A stretch of 64,000 bases of DNA from Spirochaetota bacterium (GCA_965208615.1 CBDBPB010000007.1:160001-224000), one strand, 5' to 3'. Shown: positions 16,102 through 29,316, numbered from the stretch's first letter. A program made the numbers and translations. Notes: generated by a model from the letters alone, not told the origin.

Positions 16102-17145
16102 GTGAGTTATAAAAAAGAGGCTCATCTCATTAGTCTGTTTAACAGTTGGAGTAGTAAATATGCAAATAACATTATTCTTCTTCCAGAGTCTGGCTCATAC
16201 AGGGAGTATTATAGAATAGAAAGTGATAGTCATAGTGCTGTTGGGGTTTTAAATAATGATAAAAAAGAAAATACTGCTTTTATAGGGCTAACTAAACACT
16301 TTATAAAAGCTGGATTATCTGTCCCGAAGGTCTATAAAGAGGATTTAAGTAATAATGCATATCTTATAGAGGATTTAGGGGATACTAGTCTATTTTCTTA
16401 TATTAGCAGTATAAAGAACACTGAAAACCATTTACAGAAAACTATAGCTATATATAAACTAATTATAGATGAGCTTACAAAATTTCAGATATTAGCTAAT
16501 AAAAATCTTGATTATAGTATTTGCTATCCCAGACCAGCTTTTGATAAGCAGTCTATGATGTGGGATTTAAATTATTTTAAATACTATTTTTTAAAGTTGG
16601 CAAAAGTTCCTTTTGATGAGCAAAACCTTGAGGATGATTTTAATAATTTTTCTGATTATCTTTTGGAATGCGATTCTAACTTCTTTTTGTATAGAGACTT
16701 TCAGTCTGCTAATATTATGCTTTATAATAATAAGCCGTACTTTATTGACTATCAAGGAGGTAGACGGGGGGCTTTGCAATATGATATTGCATCCCTGCTT
16801 TTTGACTCTAAGGCTAACATACCACACAATATAAGGGATATATTACTGAATTATTATATTGACGTAATAAGGGAATTATACCCTATAAACGTGGATAGGT
16901 TTATTCATTTTTTTTATGGCTTTGTGTTAATAAGGATTATGCAGGCTATGGGTGCCTATGGATTTAGAGGGCTTTATGAGAAAAAGAAGCATTTTTTATA
17001 TAGCATTCCCTATGCTATTGGGCATCTTAAAAGTGTATTAGAGATTATTGACTTATCAGTTTTTAATAACGGTTGTAAAACTTTAATAAATACCCTAAGT
17101 TTGCTTGTGGAGGCTGATCATATAAGGCGGTTAACAGCGGAGTAA
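16102..17145 (+). CDS. APH-family phosphotransferase, AmgK-like anomeric MurNAc/GlcNAc kinase
   Basis: GSYREYYR, EDLGD, YRDFQSANIM and IDYQG motifs; adjacent to a nucleotidyltransferase. Confidence 0.8.
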   Translation: MSYKKEAHLISLFNSWSSKYANNIILLPESGSYREYYRIESDSHSAVGVLNNDKKENTAFIGLTKHFIKAGLSVPKVYKEDLSNNAYLIEDLGDTSLFSYISSIKNTENHLQKTIAIYKLIIDELTKFQILANKNLDYSICYPRPAFDKQSMMWDLNYFKYYFLKLAKVPFDEQNLEDDFNNFSDYLLECDSNFFLYRDFQSANIMLYNNKPYFIDYQGGRRGALQYDIASLLFDSKANIPHNIRDILLNYYIDVIRELYPINVDRFIHFFYGFVLIRIMQAMGAYGFRGLYEKKKHFLYSIPYAIGHLKSVLEIIDLSVFNNGCKTLINTLSLLVEADHIRRLTAE

Positions 17146-17240
17146 GCTTATTTTACTATATAAGGATTTTTTTATGTCGGCTTATAGATTTATGGGTTTG
17201 CATATTTTTAAATTATTTTATTTATATAAAAAGGCATACT

Positions 17241-17942
17241 ATGAAAGCTATGATACTTGCCGCTGGACTAGGAACTAGATTAAGGCCTATTACTAATAAA
17301 AAGCCTAAGGCTTTGATTGAGCTTGGGAATACTCCAATAATTGAGCATCTTATTAACAGGCTCAAGTTATTAGGTTTTGATCAGATAATAATTAATGTTC
17401 ATCATTTTGCTAATATGGTTATTGACTTTTTGCAGTCTAGGAACAACTTTGGAATTGATATAGCTATATCTTATGAAAATCAGCTTCTGAACACAGGAGG
17501 CGGCCTTTATAAGGCTAGATGGTTTTTTGATTCGGAGCCTTTTTTACTACACAATGTAGATATTTTTTCCAATATTAATATATTGGATATGTATAAAAGT
17601 CATGTTGATAATAATTCACTGGTAACATTGGCTGTACAAAAGGAATATATAGACAGGGTTTTACTTATTAATAAAGAAAGGCGTATTTGTGGCTGGAGGA
17701 ATGTAAAGACTAACGAAGAGAGAATTAGTTTTTTTTCTAAGGAGTTGTATTTAGTTAGTTTTTGTGGGTTGCATATTATTAGCCCAAGTATTTTTTCTTT
17801 AATTAAAGATAAAGTTTTTTCTATAATAGATTTATACTTACAATTGGCTAAGGATCATCCGATTAGGGCTTATTATTGCGAGGATATGTGTATTGATATT
17901 GGAACCCATGATAACCTGGATAAGCTAAAAGAGTTATATTAG
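17241..17942 (+). CDS. Sugar-phosphate nucleotidyltransferase, MurU-like
   Basis: MKAMILAAGLGTRLRPIT-KPKAL, LLNTGGGL, DIGT. Confidence 0.85.
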   Translation: MKAMILAAGLGTRLRPITNKKPKALIELGNTPIIEHLINRLKLLGFDQIIINVHHFANMVIDFLQSRNNFGIDIAISYENQLLNTGGGLYKARWFFDSEPFLLHNVDIFSNINILDMYKSHVDNNSLVTLAVQKEYIDRVLLINKERRICGWRNVKTNEERISFFSKELYLVSFCGLHIISPSIFSLIKDKVFSIIDLYLQLAKDHPIRAYYCEDMCIDIGTHDNLDKLKELY

Positions 17943-17986
17943 TTAATAGGGCTGTATTTGAATTATAATAGTATTGGTAAATAACT

Positions 17987-20029
17987 ATGATAAACAAGAT
18001 ATTAACTTGTATTTTTTTGTTAGTTATAATAATATTTACTACCACTTATCACACATCTGCCAATAGGTATTACGCTAAGGGATCAGTTCATTATAATAAT
18101 AGGCAGAAGTTTTCCTACTACAACATAGATAGTTATGATAGAAATACTGATAAACTTATAAAAACAAGGCAAATAGATGAGTTTAACAGGTTAATATCTT
18201 ATAGTAAGTATGACTATAGTTCTGACGGTTTATTAATAAAAAAAACGAAGTATTCCTCTAAGGATAAGTTTTTATCTAGCACCTCATATATATATAACGA
18301 TAAGAATAAGCTTAGTAAGTCTGTAGAGCATCGTGTTAAGAGTGAGGCTCTCACTAAGTATTTTACTTTTAAGTATGCTAATAATAGGTTATTATACAAG
18401 GAGATATTTGCTTTTAAGGGTCTTGTAAGAAAAAAGAAGAATTTTGACTATGTTAAGCGTATAACCTATAACTTAAATGGTTATCCAAAAAGGGTGGAAT
18501 ATTTTAAACCTCTTATTATGGATAATAAAAAAATAAAATTAAGATTAATATGGTATGAGGATATTATTTATAAGTCGGGTAGAAGGCACTATGTAATACG
18601 CTTTGGGGATGATGAATATATAAGGGTATTGGTGAAATATAAATATGACAATAAAAGGCGTATAGCTAATATTATAGTTTATGAGGGTTATACACGTTTT
18701 ATCGGATATAGATATGATTATAAGTTAAAGCTTAATATTAGTCAGAGAATTAAATTTGCGTATATAAAGCCTAAGACTAAAAAGCCAAAAAAGATTATAA
18801 AGATTAAAAAGCCAAAAAAGATTATAAAGATTAAAAAGCCAAAAAAGATTATTAATAGAAAAAAGCCAAGTTATATTGAGATAATTTTTGATGACCTATT
18901 AGAAGATGATAGTATAGAAATTATTGAGGAAAGTAGACAAAAGATTAAAAAGCCTAAAAAGGTGGATAAGCCAATAGTTAAGGTTAAAAAGCCTAAAGAG
19001 GCGGATAAGCCAATAGTCAAGGTTAAAAAGCCTAAAGAGGCGGATAAGCCAATAGTTAAGGTTGAAAAGCCAAAAACTAAAGAATTATTAGAATGGGTAC
19101 TTAATATTAATAAGGCATTTACGTCTAAACCATATTATTATAACTCTGCTATTTACTTAGGTATTATTGGGAATAAGTTAATAAGTATTTCAAGGTCTGG
19201 AAGGGTTAAGTGGGAGATAACTGTTGAGGGGGATGTAAAAAGTATTATTGGGAATAAAGGTTTAATTTATATTGGAACTAATAAGGGATTAGTTTATAGA
19301 GTTAGGCCTATGAATGGAAAAGTAGTATGGAAAAAGAAAAACAGTTATTCTAAGGGTTTTTATATTTATAATTCAAGGCTTATTACTATTAATAAGGATA
19401 ATGAGGTTATGGCCCTTAGGTTAAAAACTGGAAAACTCTTATGGAAGCTTAAGTATAAAGATAATATTGTGTACTCCCCTATAGGGAGGAAAAATATAGT
19501 AATGGTTTTTTCACGGAATATGGGTTTAGCTATTGACGTTAAAAACGGTAAGAGGTTATGGAAGAAAAAGTATACTAATAGTATAATTAATCAGCCTGTT
19601 TTGATGGGTGATAATATAATAGCTGGTTTTAATAATGGGTTAGCCGCTTGGAGTTATAATAATTTTTCTAAGCAAAAATGGTTTATAAAGGATATAAATA
19701 TAACATCTTCTATTTTTGTTTATAAAAATAGTATTTATTTGGGTACTGATGAAGGAAAGCTCCTTAAGATTAGGACAAAAGATGGCTACATTTATTGGGA
19801 AAGGCTTACTAATAAGGTTAATTTTTATTTAACTATTGATAACAAGTTTATTTATATGACTCATAAGGGTGATAACATAACTTTAATTAATCATAATGGT
19901 ATTGAGGATAATAATTATATTGGTATTTATGGTGAGGCTATTATTACCCCAGTTATAGTTGTGGATAATGGTAAAACAGTTTTTTACGGAACTAGTTCAT
20001 GGAAGCTATATAGGGGCAGGATTTACTGA
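17987..20029 (+). CDS. Exported protein: YD-like beta repeats, Lys/Pro repeat linker, PQQ-like beta-propeller
   Basis: Signal peptide; repeated GKxxW propeller motifs in the C-terminal half. Confidence 0.7.
   Translation: MINKILTCIFLLVIIIFTTTYHTSANRYYAKGSVHYNNRQKFSYYNIDSYDRNTDKLIKTRQIDEFNRLISYSKYDYSSDGLLIKKTKYSSKDKFLSSTSYIYNDKNKLSKSVEHRVKSEALTKYFTFKYANNRLLYKEIFAFKGLVRKKKNFDYVKRITYNLNGYPKRVEYFKPLIMDNKKIKLRLIWYEDIIYKSGRRHYVIRFGDDEYIRVLVKYKYDNKRRIANIIVYEGYTRFIGYRYDYKLKLNISQRIKFAYIKPKTKKPKKIIKIKKPKKIIKIKKPKKIINRKKPSYIEIIFDDLLEDDSIEIIEESRQKIKKPKKVDKPIVKVKKPKEADKPIVKVKKPKEADKPIVKVEKPKTKELLEWVLNINKAFTSKPYYYNSAIYLGIIGNKLISISRSGRVKWEITVEGDVKSIIGNKGLIYIGTNKGLVYRVRPMNGKVVWKKKNSYSKGFYIYNSRLITINKDNEVMALRLKTGKLLWKLKYKDNIVYSPIGRKNIVMVFSRNMGLAIDVKNGKRLWKKKYTNSIINQPVLMGDNIIAGFNNGLAAWSYNNFSKQKWFIKDINITSSIFVYKNSIYLGTDEGKLLKIRTKDGYIYWERLTNKVNFYLTIDNKFIYMTHKGDNITLINHNGIEDNNYIGIYGEAIITPVIVVDNGKTVFYGTSSWKLYRGRIY
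18779..19063 (+). repeat. In-frame tandem repeats: 27 bp x about 3 (KKPKKIIKI) and 39 bp x3 (KKPKEADKPIVKV)
   Basis: At 18779-18852 and 18947-19063. Confidence 0.85.
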
Positions 20030-20355
20030 TAATATATTACTCTTATACTTGTTAATAATTTTGCCTAACTTATTATGAATAAAGATGTTATTCGGCTTTT
20101 TTAGATGTCAAGTAAAAATGCTAAAAAAAAATACATCTTTTAAAAAGTGCTTGCCTTTTTATAGCTTTTTAGTATATTATATTTCAATTGTTGGTTTCAG
20201 GGGTTTGTTAATAATATTTTTATTGTTAGCAATATCTAAGGAAAATTGTTTATAATCATACTGCGGAGTAGAACGATTAATTTTGCTCTTTTGTATGGTA
20301 ATAAAATTATGAGGATAGTGTATCCTCAAAAATTAAATCTTAAGGAGAATTTATT

Positions 20356-21435
20356 ATGCGGAAAAGTTTAGTTTTTGTGCTTAGTGCCATATTGCTTTTC
20401 ATTGCTAGTGCTGTAACATTTGCTGCTGATGTAAAAGTATTTGGACGAGTTAATTTTAGGTATGACCATAGTATACAAGTACCTGATGGCCAAGAAGGTG
20501 GTTCTTTTACTGCTACGAGCATACGTCTTGGAGCAAAGGGAAAGCTTGCTGACTCTGTTAGCTATTACGTGCGTTTTAGTGCCAAAGGTAGTGCGACATC
20601 ACTAAATGCTGGGCTTGACTATGCATTTATAGGCTTGCATTTTGCCCCAGTTAATATTATTGCTGGTGTTATCCCTAGTGGCTTTACCAGGGCTGTAAGC
20701 AATGGTACTGTTTTTGCTGATGATAGTCTTGCTTATGCAGTTGTTGGGCTTCACAGAATAGCTGGTTTAAAGGTAGGTACTTCACTTTTAGACAAAAAAC
20801 TTCATATTGGTCTTTTCTTTGGTAACTCACCAGCTGCAACTTTAAATGCCTCACCAAGTACGGCTGACTTTAAGTTAGGTAAGGATGATAACTATTTAGT
20901 TGGTCTTAACCTACGTTTTGATCCTTTAGGAAAATGGGGTGGTGGAGAGTGGCTTCAAACTAGTGATATGAAAGCAACTGTTGGTGTTGGTCTTGTTTTT
21001 GTACCAATGATGGGCAGTGAGACTGTTGCTGCTAAAGATGGAAATGGCACTCTTAAGCTTACTGCTGATGTAGGTTTTACTTATAGCTTGCTTTTCTTAT
21101 CTGTAGACCTATATGTAAACATGGATAATTTACAAGACGATGCTGATAGTATGACTGACTTGGGCTTAAAAGTTGATTTAGGCGTAACAGTTAATATGCT
21201 TCCAGGTATCGACATTGTTCCTGCTCTTAGGTTTACATGGATTGACAGAGATCTTAACAAAAGCGAAGTAAAAAATGCTGATGATTTTATGAGATTAACT
21301 ATAGCTATTGCTTTATATCCAGGTAAGTTGGGTAATAAGCTTGCTATTACTCCAGAGTTTGGTTTTGATCTTGCTAGAGAAGCTGATGCTGTTAAGCAAT
21401 CATACGCTAGAGTAAACTTTATGCTTAATTTCTAA
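20356..21435 (+). CDS. Outer-membrane beta-barrel porin (OprO/OprP-like)
   Basis: Signal peptide, KVFGRVNFRY, SIRLGAKG, terminal Phe. Confidence 0.75.
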   Translation: MRKSLVFVLSAILLFIASAVTFAADVKVFGRVNFRYDHSIQVPDGQEGGSFTATSIRLGAKGKLADSVSYYVRFSAKGSATSLNAGLDYAFIGLHFAPVNIIAGVIPSGFTRAVSNGTVFADDSLAYAVVGLHRIAGLKVGTSLLDKKLHIGLFFGNSPAATLNASPSTADFKLGKDDNYLVGLNLRFDPLGKWGGGEWLQTSDMKATVGVGLVFVPMMGSETVAAKDGNGTLKLTADVGFTYSLLFLSVDLYVNMDNLQDDADSMTDLGLKVDLGVTVNMLPGIDIVPALRFTWIDRDLNKSEVKNADDFMRLTIAIALYPGKLGNKLAITPEFGFDLAREADAVKQSYARVNFMLNF

Positions 21436-21477
21436 GCGTTACAAAGACGTTATTTATTTATCAAAGTATATATAATA

Positions 21478-21507
21478 GACCTTCGTCTGAATGGGCGAAG
21501 GTTTTTT
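21478..21507 (+). terminator. Intrinsic terminator
   Basis: gaccttcgtct-gaat-gggcgaaggtt followed by a T run. Confidence 0.8.
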
Positions 21508-21601
21508 AGTGTTTCAGTCTTAGAGAGAAGTTTTAGTTTTTATTATTATACAAAAAAGTAGTTATCTATGGCCATGGTAGTGTTTTTTTATATAGGAGGC
21601 C

Positions 21602-22147
21602 GTGGTTTTTATGATAACTAAAATGCTTATGATTTTTTTTACTGTGTTTTTTGTTCAGCTAAGTTTTATTAGTCTGTACGGGATGAAAACTAAAACTTTT
21701 GATAGATATGGCATTCAATTTGAGTATCCAGATTATTATATATTAAAGGATAATCAAAAGAAAAGATATCACGAGGTATTTTTAAAACAGCAAGGTAGGT
21801 CGCATATATCTGTACAGATTTTTAGTGGTAATTTAAATGAGATATTTAGAAGGGGTTTTATAGGGTCATTTTCTAAGACTCTTGAGAATTCTGGTTTTGA
21901 GAACGTTAAAAGAGAAAAGGTTAAGAAGAGTATTAAGGTAAAAATATCCAGTGATGAATATGCGACTGTAAAGGCGGTTAAGTTTGAGATGTCTTTTCTC
22001 CATAATAATGGGAATAGGATAGATACTTCTTTATTCTTTTTTTCTTATGGCGGCAGGGGATATACAATTGGCTTTAGTAGTTTTGGAAGTAAAACGGTAG
22101 AGAAAGATTTTAGGGTAATACAAAAGTCATTTACTATAACAGAATAG
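21602..22147 (+). CDS. Exported hypothetical protein (PsbP/Mog1-like fold possible)
   Basis: SD AGGAGG, signal-like N-terminus, GIQFEYP motif. Confidence 0.55.
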   Translation: MVFMITKMLMIFFTVFFVQLSFISLYGMKTKTFDRYGIQFEYPDYYILKDNQKKRYHEVFLKQQGRSHISVQIFSGNLNEIFRRGFIGSFSKTLENSGFENVKREKVKKSIKVKISSDEYATVKAVKFEMSFLHNNGNRIDTSLFFFSYGGRGYTIGFSSFGSKTVEKDFRVIQKSFTITE

Positions 22148-22220
22148 CCAATATTTTAAAACTAAAATAATAAATTTGTATATACTAAAGTTAAAAATAT
22201 TTAGATATAAATATTTTAAG

Positions 22221-22266
22221 CACAGCTAATATATTATTACAATAATAGTTAGCTGTGGATTTTTTA
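22221..22266 (+). terminator. Long hairpin, probable terminator
   Basis: cacagctaatatattatt-ac-aataatagttagctgtg followed by a T run. Confidence 0.55.
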
Positions 22267-22465
22267 ATAACTTACATTTTCTTATAAGCATTTAACAAAA
22301 AAATACTATTCAACTTTGAAACTTATTATTAATATTTGTTGTTTTAGATTTGAGCATATTTTATAACCTTTATGGTTATAAAGGATAAGTATTTTTTTAT
22401 TATACAGTTAGTTATAAATATCATAATAAGTTTAATATTTACAAGAAAGTTTAAGGGAGTGTTTT

Positions 22466-23734
22466 ATGCAACTAACGGGTTTACTGTGGGGGTACAAACT
22501 ACTTGATTATGTTGGTTTTCCTCACTCGGATGTTTTAGGTCCTAACGCCTCTGTGGAAAGTATAAGGGCATTAATTGATAAGAACAAAGAGGTTTTTATT
22601 AAGCCTATATTCAAGGGTGGTATTGGTAAAAAGGGAAAGTCTGGTTTACTTGGTCGGGCTAATAACGTTACTGATGCCTTAAAAGAAAAAGAAAGGCTTT
22701 TTTTTGTAGAGCATATTGTAGGTAATACCAGTGCTAAGGCAGAGGGGGTTACTTTTGAGGGGAGTGTTCCTGCAAAGTACGAGGTTTATTTTTCTATTAC
22801 TGATGATACTAAGTTTAGGGCTCCTGCTATTACTATAACCCATCATGGTGGGGTTGATATTGAGGAGCTTGATAAGGATAAGATTCAGGTAATACCGTTT
22901 GACCCTCTAACTGGTTTTAAGGGTTTTATAGTATCCAATGCCTTACGTAGTCTTGGGGCGCCTGCTGAGATAATTAGTCCATTAGTACAGCAGTTACCAA
23001 AGTTATGGGATTTATATCATAATTATGGTATGACAATGTTGGAGCTAAATCCAATTAGGATGAAGAAGGTTGGTGGGAGACTATTACCTGTGGCATGCGA
23101 TTTTAAATGTGCTTTTGACATTGATGATCCCAATTGGCAAAGGCTTAATTTGCCGAGTCATTTATTTGCCTCTAACTATTCTGAGTTTGAGCAGGAAATT
23201 AATCAGCTTAGAACATATCAGGGTCAAAGTGATGTTTTTGTTATTAACGAAAAGGGTTCTATTACGGCTATGACATTTGGTGGTGGTGCTAATGCCCTTG
23301 TGACTGAGCTACTTGGGGATTATGCTACTATTTCGTCAGATTTTGGTGGTAATCCTCCTTATCAAAAGATGAAGCTTGTGTCTGAGATTGTTTATAAATA
23401 TTGGCTACCTCAGAGTCATGTTTTATTTATTATTGGGGGAAAGGCTAATAACACTGATATTTTTGAGACCTTTAGAGCTATGGCAGATGCCTTGCGTGAA
23501 TTCTTCTCTAAAAATGGTGCAAAACCTCTTTATGTTGTGGTTGGTCGTGGTGGGCCTAATCTAGTAAGAGGTATGGGCTATTTAAGGGATACTCTTGATG
23601 CTATTGGTTTACCTTATAGGTTTTTTGGTCATGATAGTGCTATGAGTGAGGTTATTAACTATGCAAAGGCTGCTAATGACTGGATGGAAGAAGAAGGGAT
23701 CGATTTATTAGCTAAAAACTTAGGAATTAAATAG
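22466..23734 (+). CDS. aclB: ATP-citrate lyase beta subunit
   Basis: ATP-grasp motifs (GGVDIEE, LELNP) plus citrate-binding FGGGAN, DFGGNP, GGKANNTDI and GRGGPN. Confidence 0.85.
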   Translation: MQLTGLLWGYKLLDYVGFPHSDVLGPNASVESIRALIDKNKEVFIKPIFKGGIGKKGKSGLLGRANNVTDALKEKERLFFVEHIVGNTSAKAEGVTFEGSVPAKYEVYFSITDDTKFRAPAITITHHGGVDIEELDKDKIQVIPFDPLTGFKGFIVSNALRSLGAPAEIISPLVQQLPKLWDLYHNYGMTMLELNPIRMKKVGGRLLPVACDFKCAFDIDDPNWQRLNLPSHLFASNYSEFEQEINQLRTYQGQSDVFVINEKGSITAMTFGGGANALVTELLGDYATISSDFGGNPPYQKMKLVSEIVYKYWLPQSHVLFIIGGKANNTDIFETFRAMADALREFFSKNGAKPLYVVVGRGGPNLVRGMGYLRDTLDAIGLPYRFFGHDSAMSEVINYAKAANDWMEEEGIDLLAKNLGIK

Positions 23735-23746
23735 TGGAGGACATAT

Positions 23747-26497
23747 ATGCATCCTAATGGGGTAACAAAATTTGATAAATACTATGTTGGAATTAATTCT
23801 TTAGAAGAGATTGCCATAAAAGATGATAAGGTATGTGTTTTAAACATACTTGGGGGTGAGAGTAGGGGTGTAACGCCTACGAGTCATGCTTTTTCTGGTG
23901 GTAATGTAGTTTTTGGTACATCTCCTGGCAGGTCTGGGCAGGTGCTTGAGACGCCAATTGGTAATATTCCTGTATATAACAACATATCCGAGGGTATGGA
24001 GGCTGGACATAAGTTTAATACTGCGGTTATTTATTTACCTCCTGGTGGTGTTAGAGATGGTGTTACAGAGGCTATTAGGGTTAACCCTGACCTTAAAAAG
24101 GTTATTATACTAACTGAGAAAGTACCTCTTAAGGACGCTCGGATTATTAGGGCATTAGGCCAGATGAGGGGTATAGACATATTAGGTGCTAATTGTCTTG
24201 GTGTAGCCGACTCATACAACCGTATTAGGATTGGGGGAGCTTTAGGAGGGAGTAATCCTACTGAATCGCTTATACCTGGTTCTGTTTCAATATTTTCTAA
24301 TTCTGGTAATTTTACTACTACTATTGGCGTATACTTACTGAGTCAGGGCTGGGGTACTACTACCTGCGTATCCAGTGGTAAGGATGTTTACATACACTAT
24401 TCAGCACCAGAATTTATTCATGCTTTTGAGAATGATCCTCGTAGCAAGGGCGGCTGTTATGTACATTGAGCCTGGTGGATATTATGAGCATGGTCTTGAG
24501 TTTACTAAGCCGGTTTATTGCTTGTATAGTTGGTCGTTGGAAGGCAAAATTAACTAAGGCAGTTGGTCATGCTGGTTCACTTGCTGGGGCTGGGGATGAT
24601 GCTATAGCAAAAGAAAAGTGGTTTATGGACTACTTTGGTGTGGATGGTATTTTTACACCGGCTAAACCTATTTTTTCTAAGAAGGGTGCGGTAGTTACTA
24701 ATATTAGTCATATTCCTGAGGCTATGACTAAGGTTATTGGAGTTAAATGGTGTAGACAGGGACTTTCCATCAAAGGGGACTTTATCATTAAAGCCGTGGT
24801 TTGGTAATAGTCAGGGTTTAGACTTGCCTGATTTTCTTGATTTACCTGTTGTTGAGGCGGTTAAGCCTTATAATGAGCAAGTTTCTGTTATTAACAAGCA
24901 GATTGGTTCTGTATTCCCAAGGCAAAACCTTAAGGATGCCAGTGGTGCATCCATGATGGACCCTAAAACTCAGGTTACAAGGCTCCATAATATATCCGTT
25001 TTGGATGCCAGTAAACACTTCCTTTGAGGAAAACTTAGTTTTTGCTCTTACTAAAGGATTATCCTAATGAGTTTAGCACTAAGGCTCACAAATATTATTT
25101 TGAATGCTTATGTTAATTTACATGGTGACCCTATGTTGATTGCCTCTGACTCGTCTAGAGAGAGTGGTAATTCACCTAATACTGTTTTGAGTTCTGCCAT
25201 AGGTATATTGGGTAAGAATAGGGTTAAGTCTGCACAGAAAGCGGTTGAGGTGTTGATTGATGCTTTTCAATTTTCTGGATTAGATGATCCAACTAAGGGG
25301 TAACTTTAACTTATAAGGAACAGTTAAAGTCGGTTGATAGTAAATATCTTCTTGGCAAAAGTGAGGATGACTTATCAGATAGTCGTGCTGAGGCTTAGTA
25401 CTTAATGCTATTGATAAGCTTGATGGCAGTTCTATATTCATAAACTTTTTAAAAGACTTATCTAAAAAGGAAGGCAAGGAGATATCACCTTGTGCATTAT
25501 TGGCTGCTTTTACGACTACTATTTCTTGGAAATCTCTTATGCGTAAGAGGTTATCTAAGTTAACTCTTATTAACTTGCCGTGGTATTTTAAGTTATATAG
25601 TGCTATGGTTGGCTCAAGTACGAAGTCCAGTTGTCATGGGGCTAATAGTTTTTGTGGAATTAGTAATGACGACTTAGTTAGTAACTATGCATTTGGTGAG
25701 ACTGCGTTTTTAGCATTGGTTAATAGACGCCCTAATTCAGAGGAGCTTTTTACATTTAACATACTTATGGGACTTTTGGTGAGCAATGGTCCTGGTACTA
25801 TTTCTGCACAAGGTGCTAAGGGTGCCGTTAGTGCTGATGGCTCAGAGGATCCTTTTAGGGTACAGATTAACAAGGCTTTTATTGGTTTTATGACTCATAC
25901 TGGTTTTGCCCATGGTGGCAACGGCTATGAGGGTATGGCATTTTAATTGAGCAATTTAGGGATAGTGGGTCTTAATGATCCTGGCAATCCTAATCATGCG
26001 TTTAGATATAAGGTCTATTGCTCGTAAGTATGCTAAAAAACTACGCTGGATATAAGACTCAGCAAAAAGAACTGGGTAATATAGCCTATGCCAAGATTCC
26101 TTGTATTAATCACCCTGTGTTTAAGGGTAAGGATGTTAATTTTGATCCGAGAGAGGTTTTTATAAGGGAGCTTTTTGATAATAGGGGATCATATAACATT
26201 TTTCTTTCATTTTACCATGAGATGGTTAAGGCATTGTATGAGTCTGGGGTATCTAAGAACGTATACTGTGTTAATGTTGATGCAGGTTATAGCAGTATCT
26301 TTGCTTAAGGTATTGTGGGGTTCTTTTGCTGATGGTAGTTTGAGTGAGTCGGATATGGAGTCTGCTGCATTTTACTACCTTTTTGTATGCTCGGATGATA
26401 GGTTGTGCGGCGGAGATTGAGGGATCACATTAACCGCGGGGCGTAATATGGATACTAGGACTCGCCTGGCTAGTAAGTGTTCTATTTTGTTAATTAG
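23747..26497 (+). CDS. aclA: ATP-citrate lyase alpha subunit, long form (about 900 aa), broken by many frameshifts
   Basis: GANCLG, SNSGN, EPGG, phospho-His VGHAG, NGPGTISAQGAK, HGGNG and NVDA motifs fall in successive frames; end approximate. Confidence 0.8.
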
Positions 26498-26526
26498 TCT
26501 ATTATTAATTTATAGTTAATATAATG

Positions 26527-26558
26527 AGGTAGTCTATTTATTGGGCTACCTTTTTTTT
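26527..26558 (+). terminator. Intrinsic terminator after aclA
   Basis: aggtagtcta/tgggctacct stem followed by T8. Confidence 0.7.
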
Positions 26559-27332
26559 ATACTCTTTAGATGGCTCCATGACTTTGTGGAGTATTTATTT
26601 TTTATTAGACAGTTAAGGTTTGTAATTTCGTTATTGTTAAGTTTGGATGGTATTAGTTTTATATTTTGTGATATACCTTTTAGAAAGGGTATTAATTTTT
26701 CATTTTATTAGTTTTTGGTTGATATGATTATCTGTATTACTTATTGGGCTTGGGTTTATATATTGGTTAATATCTTTATAGGAGTTAGTTAGAGGTATTG
26801 AGCCTTGGTATAAGTATATTATTTTTTTGAATTAGCAATGCACTGCCCACTATTTTTTTGTTTATGCTCGTTAATTATTTCGTGTACAGATGTTGTATTA
26901 AAGCAGTTAGGATTTTTGTGATTTCCTTTTATTTTTGGGTTAATGGATGCGTTTATGCCTAGAGCATTAAGGCCATTTATTATTATTTTAGAGAGTTCAT
27001 AAAACACCTCTTTTTTATTGGTTATGGGTTTATTAGCCTTAATCGACATGGAATATGTTATTTCGTTTGTATGGAGTACGGCTCTACCTCCTGTGATTTC
27101 GTCTTATTACTGGTATATTATTATTAATACAGTTAGTTAGGTTTAGGTCATGTATTTTTTGAAAGTAACCTATAGTTATACTTGGTTTTATCCAGCCGTA
27201 TAGTCTAAATACCGCTTTTCTACTGCTGTTTTTTATGCTGCTATATATAACTTCGTCCAAAGCCATATTTACATAACCATGGTTAATTTTGTATGGTATA
27301 AAGTCAAATTTGTCTATATTCAATGAGTTCAT
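26546..27332 (-). CDS. Lipoate-protein ligase / LipM-family protein, frameshifted
   Basis: NMALDE, RLYGW-PSITIGYFQ, VIRR-TGGRAVLH, NCF; end approximate. Confidence 0.75.
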
Positions 27333-27621
27333 TTTCTGTAGTAGTAAAATTGATATTAAAACTTTGTCTTAGTTAGAAAAGTTGTTAATAGGGAATATAA
27401 TTAACACTAAAGTTTTATAACAACATTTTTTTTGCAAAGGCGTAAACTTGTTAAAGTTAACTACTGTTACTAATTAATATTAAATAAGTTAACATATAGT
27501 AAAAATAAAATTAATTAGGGTTGTCAGTATAAGCCATTTTTATTATCATATTCCATAATATAATAAGGCTATAATTCTAAAATTAGATTCAAGTTATAGT
27601 TATACTAATTTTGTATTATAA

Positions 27622-29316
<1,695 letters not shown>

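Noticed and set aside
23747-26497. Programmed frameshifting or recoding in aclA
   Set aside because: Too many indels, shared with the neighbouring unrelated gene; error is the simpler explanation.
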